A DNA stretch of 63,605 bases from Octopus bimaculoides (Eukaryota). Location of the stretch: NCBI RefSeq assembly GCF_001194135.2, contig NC_068981.1, forward strand, positions 553,248 to 616,852, read 5' to 3'. Below are positions 51,775-63,605 of this stretch, one piece after another (position 1 is the stretch's first letter; each line of letters begins with the position of its first letter). Below the pieces are notes generated by a model. It saw only the letters and a list, made by a program, of their open reading frames with translations, made no database searches and had not been told where the DNA came from. The translations under genes were made by a program, and so were the position numbers.

Positions 51775-52573
51775 TTGTGTGTATGTGTTTGTCCTCCCAG
51801 CATCGCTTGACAACCAATGCTGGTATATTTACGTCACTGTAACTTAGTGGTTCAGCAAAAGAGCCCGATAGAATAAGTACTAGGCTTACAAAGAATAAGT
51901 CCTGGGGTCGATTTGCTCGACTAAAGGCGGTGCTCCAGCTTGGCCACAGTCAAATGACTGAAACAAGTAAAAGAGTAAAGAGTGGAGGCACAAGGCTTAG
52001 TGGTTAAGGTGCTGCTGTCATGATTGTAGGATTGTGGTTTTGATTCCTGGACAGGACAATGTGTTGTGTTCCTGAATAAAAACACTTTATTTCACATTGC
52101 CCTAGTCCATTTATTTGGTGAAAATGAGACTCCTGCTATGGAATGGTGATCTGTCCAGAGAGGAATATACATGCCCGAGAAACTGGCGCTATGCTTCCTC
52201 CAGAGTAGTGTGGACTAACCCCACAACTATAGAGTGGTACTTTATTGACCCAGAAAGAATGAAAGCCAAAGATGATCTTGGCTGGATTTGAACTGGAAAT
52301 GCTGTAAGTTGGAATCACTGTATTAGTATCTAATTTTCTATAATTGTCACCAGTCACATGGAATTCATTGAGAAAACTTTTCTACTCCCAGACACCCTTC
52401 CTGCCATGAACCCTCACCGGTTTTGTTTCCATGCTAGAGATTACTTTCCCCATGGCTCGAAAATCTTTTCTCGGAAGAATGGAAGCAAACATTGTTGTAG
52501 GATGGTAATGCTCATTTACAACCACCACACAATGTGAAAAAGGTACTCACACACACACACACACACACACATA

Positions 52574-52789
52574 CGATGATGTGCTGAAAAGTTCCTGGCT
52601 TTGGGTAAAAGAAAATACAGAAAGATCAGTTAGTTATGATTTTATTCAATATATTCTTCCCCTCTCAGATTCACAAGCTTATCACAGTGGTCCTTCCGTT
52701 TTCTAAGCTCTGTAAAAGAACTCAGAAGGTTGGGCCTCCAACCAGGCCTTTCAAGATACCCTTAAAGTTAGGAACTTTTCAGCACCCCT

Positions 52790-52791
<2 letters not shown>
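52574..52791. mobile_element. Mariner-type MITE
   Basis: TA-cgatgatgtgctgaaaagttcctgg ... ttaggaacttttcagcaccccttg TIRs. A second partial copy at about 52820-53470 is interrupted by the solo LTR. Confidence 0.75.
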
Positions 52792-52821
<30 letters not shown>

Positions 52822-52925
52822 ACAGGCTGCTGAAATTTGCACACTCATTGCAGTGATCCTTTTCTAAGCCCTGTATAAGAGCTCAGAAGGTTAGAGGTCC
52901 TACCACACCTTTTGCAATACCCTTA

Positions 52926-53437
52926 TGGTGACGTCAGGGTTATAATGTTATAGTGGTGCTGTTGATTAAATGACACATTATAATTTAATGAGCATGAGAG
53001 AAAGGGGGGTCACCATCTTGTCCGTAATAACAAGAAAATAGAAATCCGCGAAGACATTCGTAATAAGTCATAACATATTTATTACTGGATGTAATGCGTT
53101 AACATATGAGATTAATTGAAGGAAAGCTTGTACCATTACATGAACATATTCTTTTTGCAATCACGTGTCTCCAAATAAGTGAGGCCAGCATATGCGCATG
53201 TGGGTGGGGTATGCGGGAAGCCTGACTCAATGCCGGTCGAAGAATCAACAGACACTGAGTGGTGCTAATTTAGAAATTCCTTCCTTTATATAAGGGATGA
53301 ACCAGAAGTCCCCGACTTCCACATAAACTGGAAGTTTCCAGAATGTTCGAGAAACTTTCTAGAAGCTCGAGGGAGGTTACTCTCATTAAATCCCTTTTCC
53401 GTTTTGCTTCCTGACTTGACTGCCAGGGTTCACTACA
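52926..53437 (+). mobile_element. Solo LTR-like insertion (512 bp)
   Basis: TG...CA ends, 6-bp TSD CCCTTA/CCCTCA, TATATAA at 53287 and ATTAAA at 53385; the uninterrupted MITE copy has a single CCCTTA. Confidence 0.7.
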
Positions 53438-53661
53438 CCCTCAAAGCCAAGAACTTTTCAGCATCCCCTCATATATACACACAACAGGCTTCTTTCAGTT
53501 TCCATGTTCCGAATCCACTAACAGGGCTTTGGTCAACCAAGAGCTATAATAGAAAACACTTGTCCAAGGTGCCTCACAGTGGGACTGAACCTGAAACAAC
53601 ATGGGTGCAAAAGTGAACTCCTTAACCACACAGTCACACCTGTGCCTATACTACAAATCTA

Positions 53662-53879
53662 AACTACAAAGTGGTAGAGGCTCTGTGATAGAGTCATAGC
53701 CCACACGTAGTTGCACCTTGGGATTAAAAGAGCATCACTGTCTCTCTTGTTCACCAGGTACTTTGTGGCAATTTCCTGTTCCTGGATTGCAAACGCATAG
53801 CCTTCAAAGTGTAATGTGATGTAGTGGTCTTGTGTGCAAGAGAGGCTGTGCTTCATGTCAATTCTGTCTTCTTCAAGCT
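53662..53879 (-). mobile_element. Possible R4/Dong-like (RLE-clade) non-LTR retrotransposon fragment
   Basis: HFEGYAFAIQEQEIATKYL fits the recalled EGxxxAxQ(D/E)QxxxT motif that precedes the zinc knuckle in this clade. Confidence 0.4.
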
Positions 53880-54632
53880 GTATGTAAGTATGTATGTATA
53901 CATGCATGCACATACATATGATGGACTAATTTCAGCTTTTGTCTCCCAAATCTACCTCACAAGGCTTCGGACAGTCCAGGGTTAGCCTAGTGTTGCCTCC
54001 TGGTCCACCAGTCCTCAGTCAAATCGTCCAACCCATGCTAGCATGGAAATCAGATGTTAAACGACGATGATGATGATGATGATTTTGCTCAAGGTGCCAC
54101 AGAGTGGGACTGAACCCAAAACACCATGGATGGGAAGCACTTCTTAACCACCCAGCTACCCTACACCAATCTACAATATAACACCAATATGTCTTAAAGA
54201 CAACAATTTTCTAGACAACACTTCTTTTAAAGTTTTAGCTTTCTGATAAATTATAGGACAAGTACCATAATTGCAATACTGAATCAACACGAGAAACTCG
54301 TTCTTGTCAATTATTCTGGAACATTCTATAAATGAATGGCGAGCAGAATCCATAAGGTTATTGACTGATGTTGGACATTATGTCCGTGTTTTATAAGTTT
54401 ATATATATCATTAGATAATAATTAATAATGGTAATAGGAACAAATGACCAGTTATGATTTCTTATTCATATATAAAGTAATTAACACCATAGTAATTACA
54501 CTAATTAAGCTTTAAGAAAACTGATGAACAATCATCATAGAATCATTATATTTTGAGTGGGTCATTTGGTGGGAGGGGTAATATAAACACATGCATAATA
54601 TATTCATTTATCCAGATTTATTATTGTTCTTA

Positions 54633-54748
54633 TTTCAAGTCCTTCATCTAGGAATATTTCAAGTCCTTCATCTAGGAATATTTCAAGTCCTTCATCTGGG
54701 AATCTTTCATGTCCTTCATCTGGAAATCTTTCAAGTCCTTCATCTGGA
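54633..54748. repeat. 24-nt tandem repeat, about 5 copies (tttcaagtccttcatctaggaata)
   Basis: Directly visible. Confidence 0.9.
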
Positions 54749-56689
54749 GGGAAGAGGATAGAGAGGGAGGGAGAATGAGAGAGACATTAAAATGTCTGAT
54801 ATCGAATAAGTCAATGTCAAGTCAGTGCTGCCAAATAGATGATGCCAGAACAGCAGTGCCAAAACATCCCATAAAATGTCCTTTCTCTGATATTGGAACA
54901 AATTATGCCATAAGATTTCTGAATAGTCTCTACGTGAGCATAAAGGGCAGTTCCTTAAAACCCATTCATAATAGAATACAGCTTAAAGCAATATGGTAAG
55001 CTTGGCACCAACAAGTCCTTGTCTGATACATTTTATATATTGATAGATCTGACTGAGATAACAGGACTAATGATTGAAAGTTTCTCTCTTGGTACATTAT
55101 CATTTAATGTCCACTTTTCCATGCTTGCAAGGGTCATACGGAATTAGTTGAGGCAGATTTTCCACAGCCAGATGCCCTTCTTGTCACTAAACCTCACCTG
55201 ATTTTGAGCAAGATAATATTTCCCTGAAGCCAGAAATATTCCTCATGGAAGACAGGAAAGGAGCAATGTTGTCTGTATGGTGGTGATGGTCACTTACAAC
55301 CATCACATGATATTAACACACAATATATTTAATAAACACAATACATGTTTTTGTGTGCTACTATTAGTTTTGTGTACTGAGAAAATGCCAAACATTGTTT
55401 TATTATCTGACATCTCAGCATAATCATGTGGGTAGTGCCTGATGACTGTACCAAGATGTCAGACATGTTATAAAACAATGTTTGTCATGTTTTAGCACAT
55501 GAAACTAATGATAGCACATAAAAACATGTATTGTGTTTATTAAATAATATTTATCTCTCACCAGATGGAACACTTTTTTTTCGTGATCTTATCATCACAG
55601 AACAGTACACTATATATGTGTGTGTGTGCATGTGTGTGTGTGTGTCACTTAGCAGTTTGGAAAAAGAGACCGATAGTATAAGTACCAAGCTTAAAAAATA
55701 ATACTGAGGTTGACTCATTCAACTACACTTCTTCAAGGTGGTGCCCCAGCATGACCACAGTCAGATGACTGAAACAGGAAAAGGATACACACACCGTATG
55801 TAGGTTTGATTGTCATTTTGACTGCAGCCATGCTGGATCACCGCCTTTAGTTGAGCAAATCGACCCCAGGACTTATTCTTTGGAAGCCTAGTACTTATTC
55901 TGTCGGTCTCTTTTGCTGAACTGCTAAGTTACGGGGACATAAACACACCACCATCAGTTGTCAAGCGATGCTGGGGGGACAAACACAGATACACAAACAT
56001 ACACACACACACACACATATGTATATACGACGGGCTTCTTTCAGTTTCTGTCTACCAAATCCACTCACAATACTTTGGTCAGTTCAGAGCGAAAGAAGAC
56101 ACAAGCTGAAGATACAAGAGATTTGAACCCAAAACTGCTTGGCCAAGAAGTAAGCTTTTTAACCACATAGCCACACCTAAAACGGAATTAAAATCTTGTT
56201 AAATGATTTACAAGTTCTTTATAGAACTTTTTTCATTCAAGCAATTTTCATTTGAAATGAGAAAGTGCCTAGACACATCTACGTAACTGTAAACAAAAGG
56301 GGCAAAGGCAAGAGTCTACAGAGAGAGGGGGGCAGGGGATGGGGGGTGAAATCAAGAGATCAGAGCAGCCATATTGAATAACTACTATCTGAAACACAAT
56401 GATCTTCGAGTTTGATTGTTTTGTTGCACAGAATAAAGGTCAGTCAGTGATATTTTCATGTTGAATAATATGTGTGAATGATGTGTTGATTGTTTGAGTT
56501 TTAAATGACCTTCTGCTTGCAGCAATGAATAAAACTCTTTCATGTTTTCCAATGCTTTGTCAATATTTTTGGCTTTGTTTGTGTTTGTTTTATTTATTTA
56601 TTTGTTTGTTTATTTTTCTGTCAGTTGAGCTATTTGCTTCCACCTGCCCTAACCATTCCCACTGTACACCCCCGTTCTCTCTCTCTGTA

Positions 56690-56858
56690 TGTGCGTGTGT
56701 ATGTATGTATATATACACACATACATCTATACACACACATGCATATATAGGGAATATATAAATACACACATAAAATACATATACACACAAGCATAATGCA
56801 CATGCATATATGTACACATACACATCAATACATATGTATGTATATAGGTATATATATA

Positions 56859-56896
<38 letters not shown>

Positions 56897-56922
56897 CACA
56901 CATACAGAAATACATACACACA

Positions 56923-56959
<37 letters not shown>

Positions 56960-56960
56960 T
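56690..56960. repeat. Compound (TA)/(CA)/(TG)/(GA) microsatellite tract
   Basis: Directly visible. Confidence 0.9.
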
Positions 56961-57167
56961 TTTCTTTCTTCAATTATTAATCTAGTTAATTAATTAATTA
57001 TATTCATCAAATTACAGAAATAGCAGTCTTCGATAATTCAATTTATTAGCTGAAATATTTTTCTATTTCAAGGTGAAATATGTGCCTCAGTTGGATTCAA
57101 AACTCTGATATTAATGGTAAGAGATTCCTACAATATGGAATCATTCAGCTAAGGAAGGATTGTCACA

Positions 57168-57428
57168 TCACTTTCTTCTCTGTACTCTGAAATGTGAGGA
57201 GTGATCTGAAGCAACCTTTGCTTTTGTCTTCAACAGTTTAACATCAATGAATTGNNNNNNNNNNNNNNNNNNNNNNNNNNNNNNNNNNNNNNNNNNNNNN
57301 NNNNNNNNNNNNNNNNNNNNNNNNNNNNNNNNNNNNNNNNNNNNNNNNNNNNNNNNNNNNNNNNNNNNNNNNNNNNNNNNNNNNNNNNNNNNNNNNNNNN
57401 NNNNNNNNNNNNNNNNNNNNNNNNNNNN
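57168..57428 (-). CDS. Candidate terminal coding exon of an unidentified convergent gene, mostly hidden in an N-gap (..QFIDVKLLKTKAKVASDHSSHFRVQRRK*)
   Basis: On the minus strand: pyrimidine tract ttttatccct right at the gap edge, open non-repeat frame after the gap, TGA, then AATAAA about 120 nt downstream (57042-57047). No homology recognised. Confidence 0.3.
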   Translation of the reverse strand, partial: XXXXXXXXXXXXXXXXXXXXXXXXXXXXXXXXXXXXXXXXXXXXXXXXXXXXXXXXXXQFIDVKLLKTKAKVASDHSSHFRVQRRK

Positions 57429-59807
57429 AGGGATAAAATCCAAATTTACAGGTAAAATTAAATTTATCAAAAAATAAAATAAAATTAAGTTTCACAGTAT
57501 AAAATATATAAATATATAGTTTTAGAGAAAAGAACCAAAGTTCATGAACTCATCCATGAAAATCCACAGTCACAAATTAATAAGTAAATGCACGATAAAT
57601 AAGTATAATATAATACAAAGTAAAAATCATAAGATAATGATAATAAAATGACTACACCTGTTTCATAACCAAGTTTTCAAATAGAAAATAAAATATATAT
57701 ATGTGAAATTTTATGTTGGTAAAAAATACGTATATTTTCATGAAATGAAATATTTACATGGTCAACCGGTTTCGCTTATGCTAATCATGATATAAGTAGT
57801 TAGTGATAATGTCATAATTTCAAGCTATCATACGTTTTCGTTCCATTTTAGTAGGTGGAAGGATATTTTGCATTTACAAATGCAGAATATATATATATAT
57901 TTGTAAATGCAAATTATAGATGCATACCAATGTCTCATGAGTGAATTTGATAGACTGAAACTGTGTGGAAGCCCAACTTACATATAAATACAGTGTGTGT
58001 ATGTGTGTGTCTTTGTGTATGTATTTGTCCCCTCCCACCACTTGACAACTGGTATTTGTTTGTTTACATCCCTATAACTTTGCAGTTCAGCTAATAGGAT
58101 TGATAGAATAAATACTAGACTTAAAAAGTAAGTACTAACGTTGGTTTGTTCCACCAAACCTTTTAAGATGGTGCCCCAGCATGGCCATAATCTAATGATT
58201 GAAACAAGTAAAAGATAACAGACACAGATACATGCACACTTAGGTATAAAGCAAGTTGGAGAAAATAGTAGTTAAATAGCAGAGGGAGAGCAAAACATAA
58301 GGGGTTATTGAAGCTAAAAAGCATCAGAAACTATTACCCTGGGTTTTATGTAATGAACCAGCAGATTTCTGTCTGATGACCAGTTATGCGAAACTCAGAG
58401 TAACATAAGTTTATTTCACCAATGAGTTAACACGGCATAATTTATTCTTAAGCACCACAATGTCAGGGAAATAAATAAATAAAGTTGGAAGGAAAGGATG
58501 GAGGAAGGATAACCATCATCATCATCATTTAATGTCTGTCATCCGTGCTAGCATGGGTGGGATGGTACCACAAGAGCCGGCCAGGCCGAAGCCTGCACCA
58601 GACTTCTGTCACTGCTTTGGTAGGATTTTTACAGCTGATGCCCTTCCTCACACCAACCACTCAACAAAATGGACTTAGAGCTTCTTATGTGGCACAAGCA
58701 CAGGTGAGGGGAGTAGTGTTTTTACATGGTGGGGGGTTCTGAAAGGGGTCTCAGGGAATAGTTTCCCTGCTTTCCTGAGCTAGTTTTCCACCATATTTCT
58801 TAAAAATCATGGTAGAGGCCTTGGTCTTGGGACCACTTGTGTCTAGAAACTGAGGTCCAGAGTAAGCAAGGGCATGCTCCCTGCAGAAAATCCAGTTCCA
58901 AAAAAGCCTCATGATAGCAAAGGAGAAAGGGCACCAGCCAGCCCAAAGTTTGGGGTGGGCTGCACCTGCCTACCTTGGTTGCTATGGCATTGAAGTAGAT
59001 CCAGCCACCCCTGTTAACGGGGACAAAACCCAGATTTAAAACACTGGATGGTGATGATGACAAGCACAGGCAAGGTGAGTAGTACTTTTTATGTGGCACA
59101 AGCACAGGAAAGGTCAGTTTTGGCAAGGTTTTTACAGCTGGATACCCTTCTGAATACCAGCCACTTTACAGTGTGGACTGGTTGCTTTTAGGTGGTACCT
59201 GCACTGCCAGGGTCACCAAGTACNNNNNNNNNNNNNNNNNNNNNNNNNNNNNNNNNNNNNNNNNNNNNNNNNNNNNNNNNNNNNNNNNNNNNNNNNNNNN
59301 NNNNNNNNNNNNNNNNNNNNNNNNNNNNNNNNNNNNNNNNNNNNNNNNNNNNNNNNNNNNNNNNNNNNNNNNNNNNNNNNNNNNNNNNNNNNNNNNNNNN
59401 NNNNNNNNNNNNNNNNNNNNNNNNNNNNNNNNACATGCAAAAATAATTTTTTATGGGTTTTAAAACAGAAAAGGGGTAGTTACAAGTAAAATGACATTTA
59501 TAAATAAGAGAATGTAAAAGAAATCTGTAAACTGGTTTTATTAACTGAATTATCTTAAAGATGGGACAATGTGTGTGCTCGTACTGTGGATTTCCGCTCG
59601 TACTTCAAGAAAAAAATTTGCACGAGTCTTGGCTCGTACAGCAAATTACTCGAACAATGGGACACTCGTACTGCAAGATTCTACTGTATATAAAACAGAC
59701 AGAAGTTTGATGAAGGCTTCTGCCTGACTGGCTCCTGTCAAACCATCCCACCCATGCCAGCATGGAAGGCAGACGTTAAATGATGATGACAACGATGATG
59801 GTACATA

Positions 59808-61024
59808 CAGGGTGCATAAGGTATTTGAGGAATACATTTTTTGGGGTCATTGCTGCATTTTTTGCTAACTCTGTATAATCTTTGTTTCAAAAAATAATAA
59901 TGGCAGATGCTCAACTTACTCAAGAAAGGAAGAGGCATGTTATTCTGGTTATAAAGGCTCAACAAAGAGATTTAGAAATATCTCGATTTTTTAAAAGTTA
60001 CCAGATCTTTTGTCTACAAAGTTTGTAAGGAGCTAGAGACTAAAGATGGAAACATATCACCAGTATCAAAGCATAAAAAGCATTCTAAACACTCTGAAAT
60101 CATCAGAAGATTTGAATTTATCCATCAACTTCAACAGACCATTGATTACAATCCCAGAAAATCCATGAGGTCAATTGCAAAAGATCTCCATGTATCAGAA
60201 GGAATAGTCAGAAATGTTGTCCACGAAGATATCAGATATAAGTCTTATATGATGAGGGAAGGTCAATTTGTTAGAAAGAAAATCACTATATCAGATCTAA
60301 AAGGCTCTGAAAACAAACTGAAAAATCCAGCAGAAGAAGATTTGATTTGGTTTTTCTCAAATGAGGAAAACTTCGACCAAGATCAAAAAAGTTAATAGAA
60401 GAAATGACAGATGGTTATGTGCAGACCCTTCTGAAGTTCTAAGTGTTGTGCATATAAAATTTCCTGCAACTGTCAATGGTTTTAGGGGCTGTCAGCAATA
60501 AAGGACATGTGATGCCCCCTTACTTCTTTCCACAAGGCCTTAGAGTTACTCTGCCACCTACATTGAGGTCCTGGAAATAATTGTTAAGCCCTGAATAGAC
60601 AGTGTATGCAATAGAATGCCATATGTATTTCACTAAGACTGCACTTGAAAATTTTCATGATAACGTAACCCCTGACATTTGGCCTCCTAATTCCCCGGGT
60701 CTCAATCCATTGGATTATTTACATGTGGAGCGTTGTTGAGAGAGAGGTCAATGAACAGGCTCATAATACCAAAAATTCTTTGAAAGCTGCTGTAGTCAGA
60801 GTAATGTCCAAAATGAACCAGGTCTACTTATTCGAGCATGTAGATGATTTAGATCTCATATAGAAGCAGTTGTTGAAGCTGAAACAGGCTTTATTGAATA
60901 ACATTATAGAAAAGAAGGTTTATTTTTGTCCTCATAGCATTTTTTGATAAATAAAGTTATTATCTGTTATAATATATGTTTTTTTATAAACATAAATCTG
61001 TCCTCAAATATCTTATGCACCATA
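59808..61024 (+). mobile_element. Near full-length decayed Tc1/mariner-superfamily element (maT/DD37D-like)
   Basis: TA TSD; TIRs CAGGGTGCATAAGGTATTTGAGGA / TCCTCAAATATCTTATGCACCATA; broken ORF at about 59900-60900 with FFSNEENFDQDQKVNRRNDRW and WPPNSPGLNPLDY. Confidence 0.88.
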
Positions 61025-63573
61025 TATATGGCAGGTGTCTTTCACTTTGTGTCTACCAAATCCACTCTCAAAATGTTATGGTTAGTCTCGGGCTGTAATG
61101 GAAGGCATTTGCTCAAAGTGTCATGCAGTGAGTCTGAACCCAAAACCATGTGGTTGGGAAACAAACTTCTTAACCACACAGCCACGTTTAACCAGTTTAA
61201 CACCACTACCTAAGCCATTGGTATCTTTTAGAGCTTTCAGTGAAGGTTATTCAGGTAAGGTGTCTGGTTTGAATAAAACCTTCCACCCATCAATGTCAGA
61301 GGTCTCTTATAAGGTCATAGATTTTACCCTTCCTTTTCTGGCAAAACCATTAAAATCATACCCATTTCGTGTCTCACTCTCTAGATCTTCCACAACACAC
61401 TTTTCTCATCCTTTCCTTCAAACTCTCCCCCTCTCTCTCTTTCTCTCTCTCACCTCTTTTAGGTTCTGTTTTGTTCACAGCTATTGATATACATCTATTT
61501 AAACAGGAAATTAACCATATAAAAAAATAAAAAGCATCCAATAAAACTTCTGGTCTGTTTTATGTCTTCTGTGAAAACAACAAAGCTGCTTCTTTTGTGC
61601 AGCATTATTTCTCTTACTCAGCAGAGAATAGAAAAAGTGCACTAGACATTTAACACACAAAATAACTGAAATTGTACACTTGAACTGACAGGAGTGTAAT
61701 TTTGCACGAATCCTTTGATAATAAATGTGACAGTCTTCAACATTAGATATTCATAGTGACTTGAAACTTTGGCAATCTCACTATCAATACAGCTTTTATT
61801 AGTGAGATGCAGTTCTTTAACCATTTAGCATTGAAACTGGCTAAAGCTGGCCTAAATATCCTACCTATTTTATGTTCAAATTGGCTGGATTCGGCCTCTC
61901 ACACCTACCCTACAATGTCATTCCAAAAATAAACAATCACATCATTAAAATCTCTAAGCTACAAGACTGTAAGCTTGTGAGATTGATTCCTAGAAATACA
62001 TTGTATCCTTCAGCAAGATACTCTATTTCACACTGCTTTAGTCCACCCGGCTGGCAAAAATGAGTTGTAGATGTTTTTGAAAGGGCCAACCTTGTCACAT
62101 TAAATCTCCCTGAGAATTACATTAAGGATACACGTGTCTATGGAATGCTCAGCCACTTGCACGCTTATTTCACAAGGAAGATGTTCCATTGAATGGATCA
62201 ACTGGGACCCTTTTTGTCGTAACCAATGGTGTGTCAGTTAGTTACATTATACAGTGCAATCTGAGTGCTAAAGGTTTAAATATGAATAAGACCCCTTTTT
62301 TTGTTTCCAAACAGATTACACTATCTTTTGATTAGTGTTGATTATCTGACAGATTATGCCTTCTGTATTGGCTTTATCAAAGACAACAACATCATATATA
62401 ATAGCTTGGTCAACTCCCCAGCAGTTGCAAACTCAGCCTGGCCCAGGCGTAGAGATATATATTATATATTATCATATATAATATTGGTTTCAAATTTTAG
62501 CAGGATGCCAGCAGTTTTGGGAGAGGGGTTAAGTCAATTATACTGACCCCACTGATCAGCTGGTACTTATTTCATCAACTCTGAAACAATGAAAATCAAA
62601 GTCGACCACAGTGGCATTTGAACCCACAATGTAAAGAGGGACGAGATACTGCAAGGCATTTGGCCTGGCATATTTTGACGGTTCTGCCAGTTCACCACCT
62701 TAACATATATTTTATACAATATTGATTCTCTCTCTGTTGGGTTCAATGACCTGTGGATGTTACAATGTGTCTACACTGGGAAAATCACATATCATCATCA
62801 TCATCGTTTAACGTCCATTTTCCATGCTAGCCTGGGTTGGATGGTTTGACTGGCGTCTGGGAAGCCAGGAGGCTGCACCAGGCTCCAGTCTGATCTGGCA
62901 GTGTTTCTACAGCTGGATGCCCTTCCTAATGCCAACCACTTCGTGAGTGTAGTGGGTGCTTTTTATGTGCCACCAGCACAGGAGCCACCCATCATTATCA
63001 TCATTTAACATCCATCTTCCATACTATCATTGGTTGGATGGTTTCACAGAACCTGGTAACCCAGAGAGCTGCACCAGATTCCATTGTCTGCTTTGGCAAG
63101 TTTCTACAGCTGGATGCCCTTCCTTATGCCAACCACTTTGTGAGTGTAGTGGGTGCTTTTTACATGCCACCGACACAGGGGCCAGAGGAGACTGGCAATA
63201 GCCACGATCAGTTGGTGCTTTTTACATGCCACCGGCACGGAAGCCAGTCAAGGCGGTGCTGACATCAGCCACGATCCGGTGGTGCTTTTAACCTGCCATC
63301 GGCAAACAAACTTCTTACCACACATTCTTAAACTTATTAAAACATTCCAAAATTTAACTACGTGTGGATTGCTGGCGATTTTTTCCCTTCGTCTTCCTTT
63401 TCTCTTAGACTTTCCTCTGTCTCCTGTTTCTGAAGAAGAGCTTTGCTCAAAACATAAAATGTCCTTTCTTCGCTTCCCTGAGCATCTCTTAAAACTTTGC
63501 ATGTAACACGTCCTTGCGTTATTGTTTTTTTCTTGTTGTCCTTTTTCTCTCTGTTTTTTTTTTTGGCGGGGGA

Positions 63574-63605
<32 letters not shown>

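Noticed and set aside
61098-61824. ORFs of 129 aa (+) and 60 aa (-)
   Set aside because: Their starts lie in a SINE head and a TTAA-MITE end; there are no coherent splice signals or homology.
62301-62546. 81-aa ORF with open stretches on both strands
   Set aside because: No acceptor/donor pair in a consistent frame and no recognisable motif.

Overview
AT-rich, intron-dominated animal genomic DNA with 11 N-gaps. The SINE families look like those of octopod cephalopods (inference from recalled sequences, no search run). The one well-supported gene is the 3' part of a + strand Fused/STK36-like kinase. I traced 11 coding exons from 1065 to the stop at 45061; all have GT-AG introns and consistent phases, and they splice into 473 aa of the ARM/HEAT-like C-terminal region. 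The kinase domain must lie upstream of the window. Most of the remaining sequence is transposon-derived: dozens of tRNA-derived SINEs, RTE/CR1/R4-like LINE fragments, a Helitron remnant, an internally deleted piggyBac, mariner/Tc1-type elements, hAT, piggyBac-like and Kolobok-like MITEs, a solo LTR and microsatellites. Almost all ORFs in the supplied track are repeat or gap artefacts. After 46 kb there are only weak exon candidates, one possibly hidden in a gap. I found no convincing new biological system. The best leads concern TE behaviour (AGAAA-biased SINE targeting, a variable 66-nt module inside SINEs, LINE-SINE tail sharing, filled/empty site pairs) and intronic fold-back structures.
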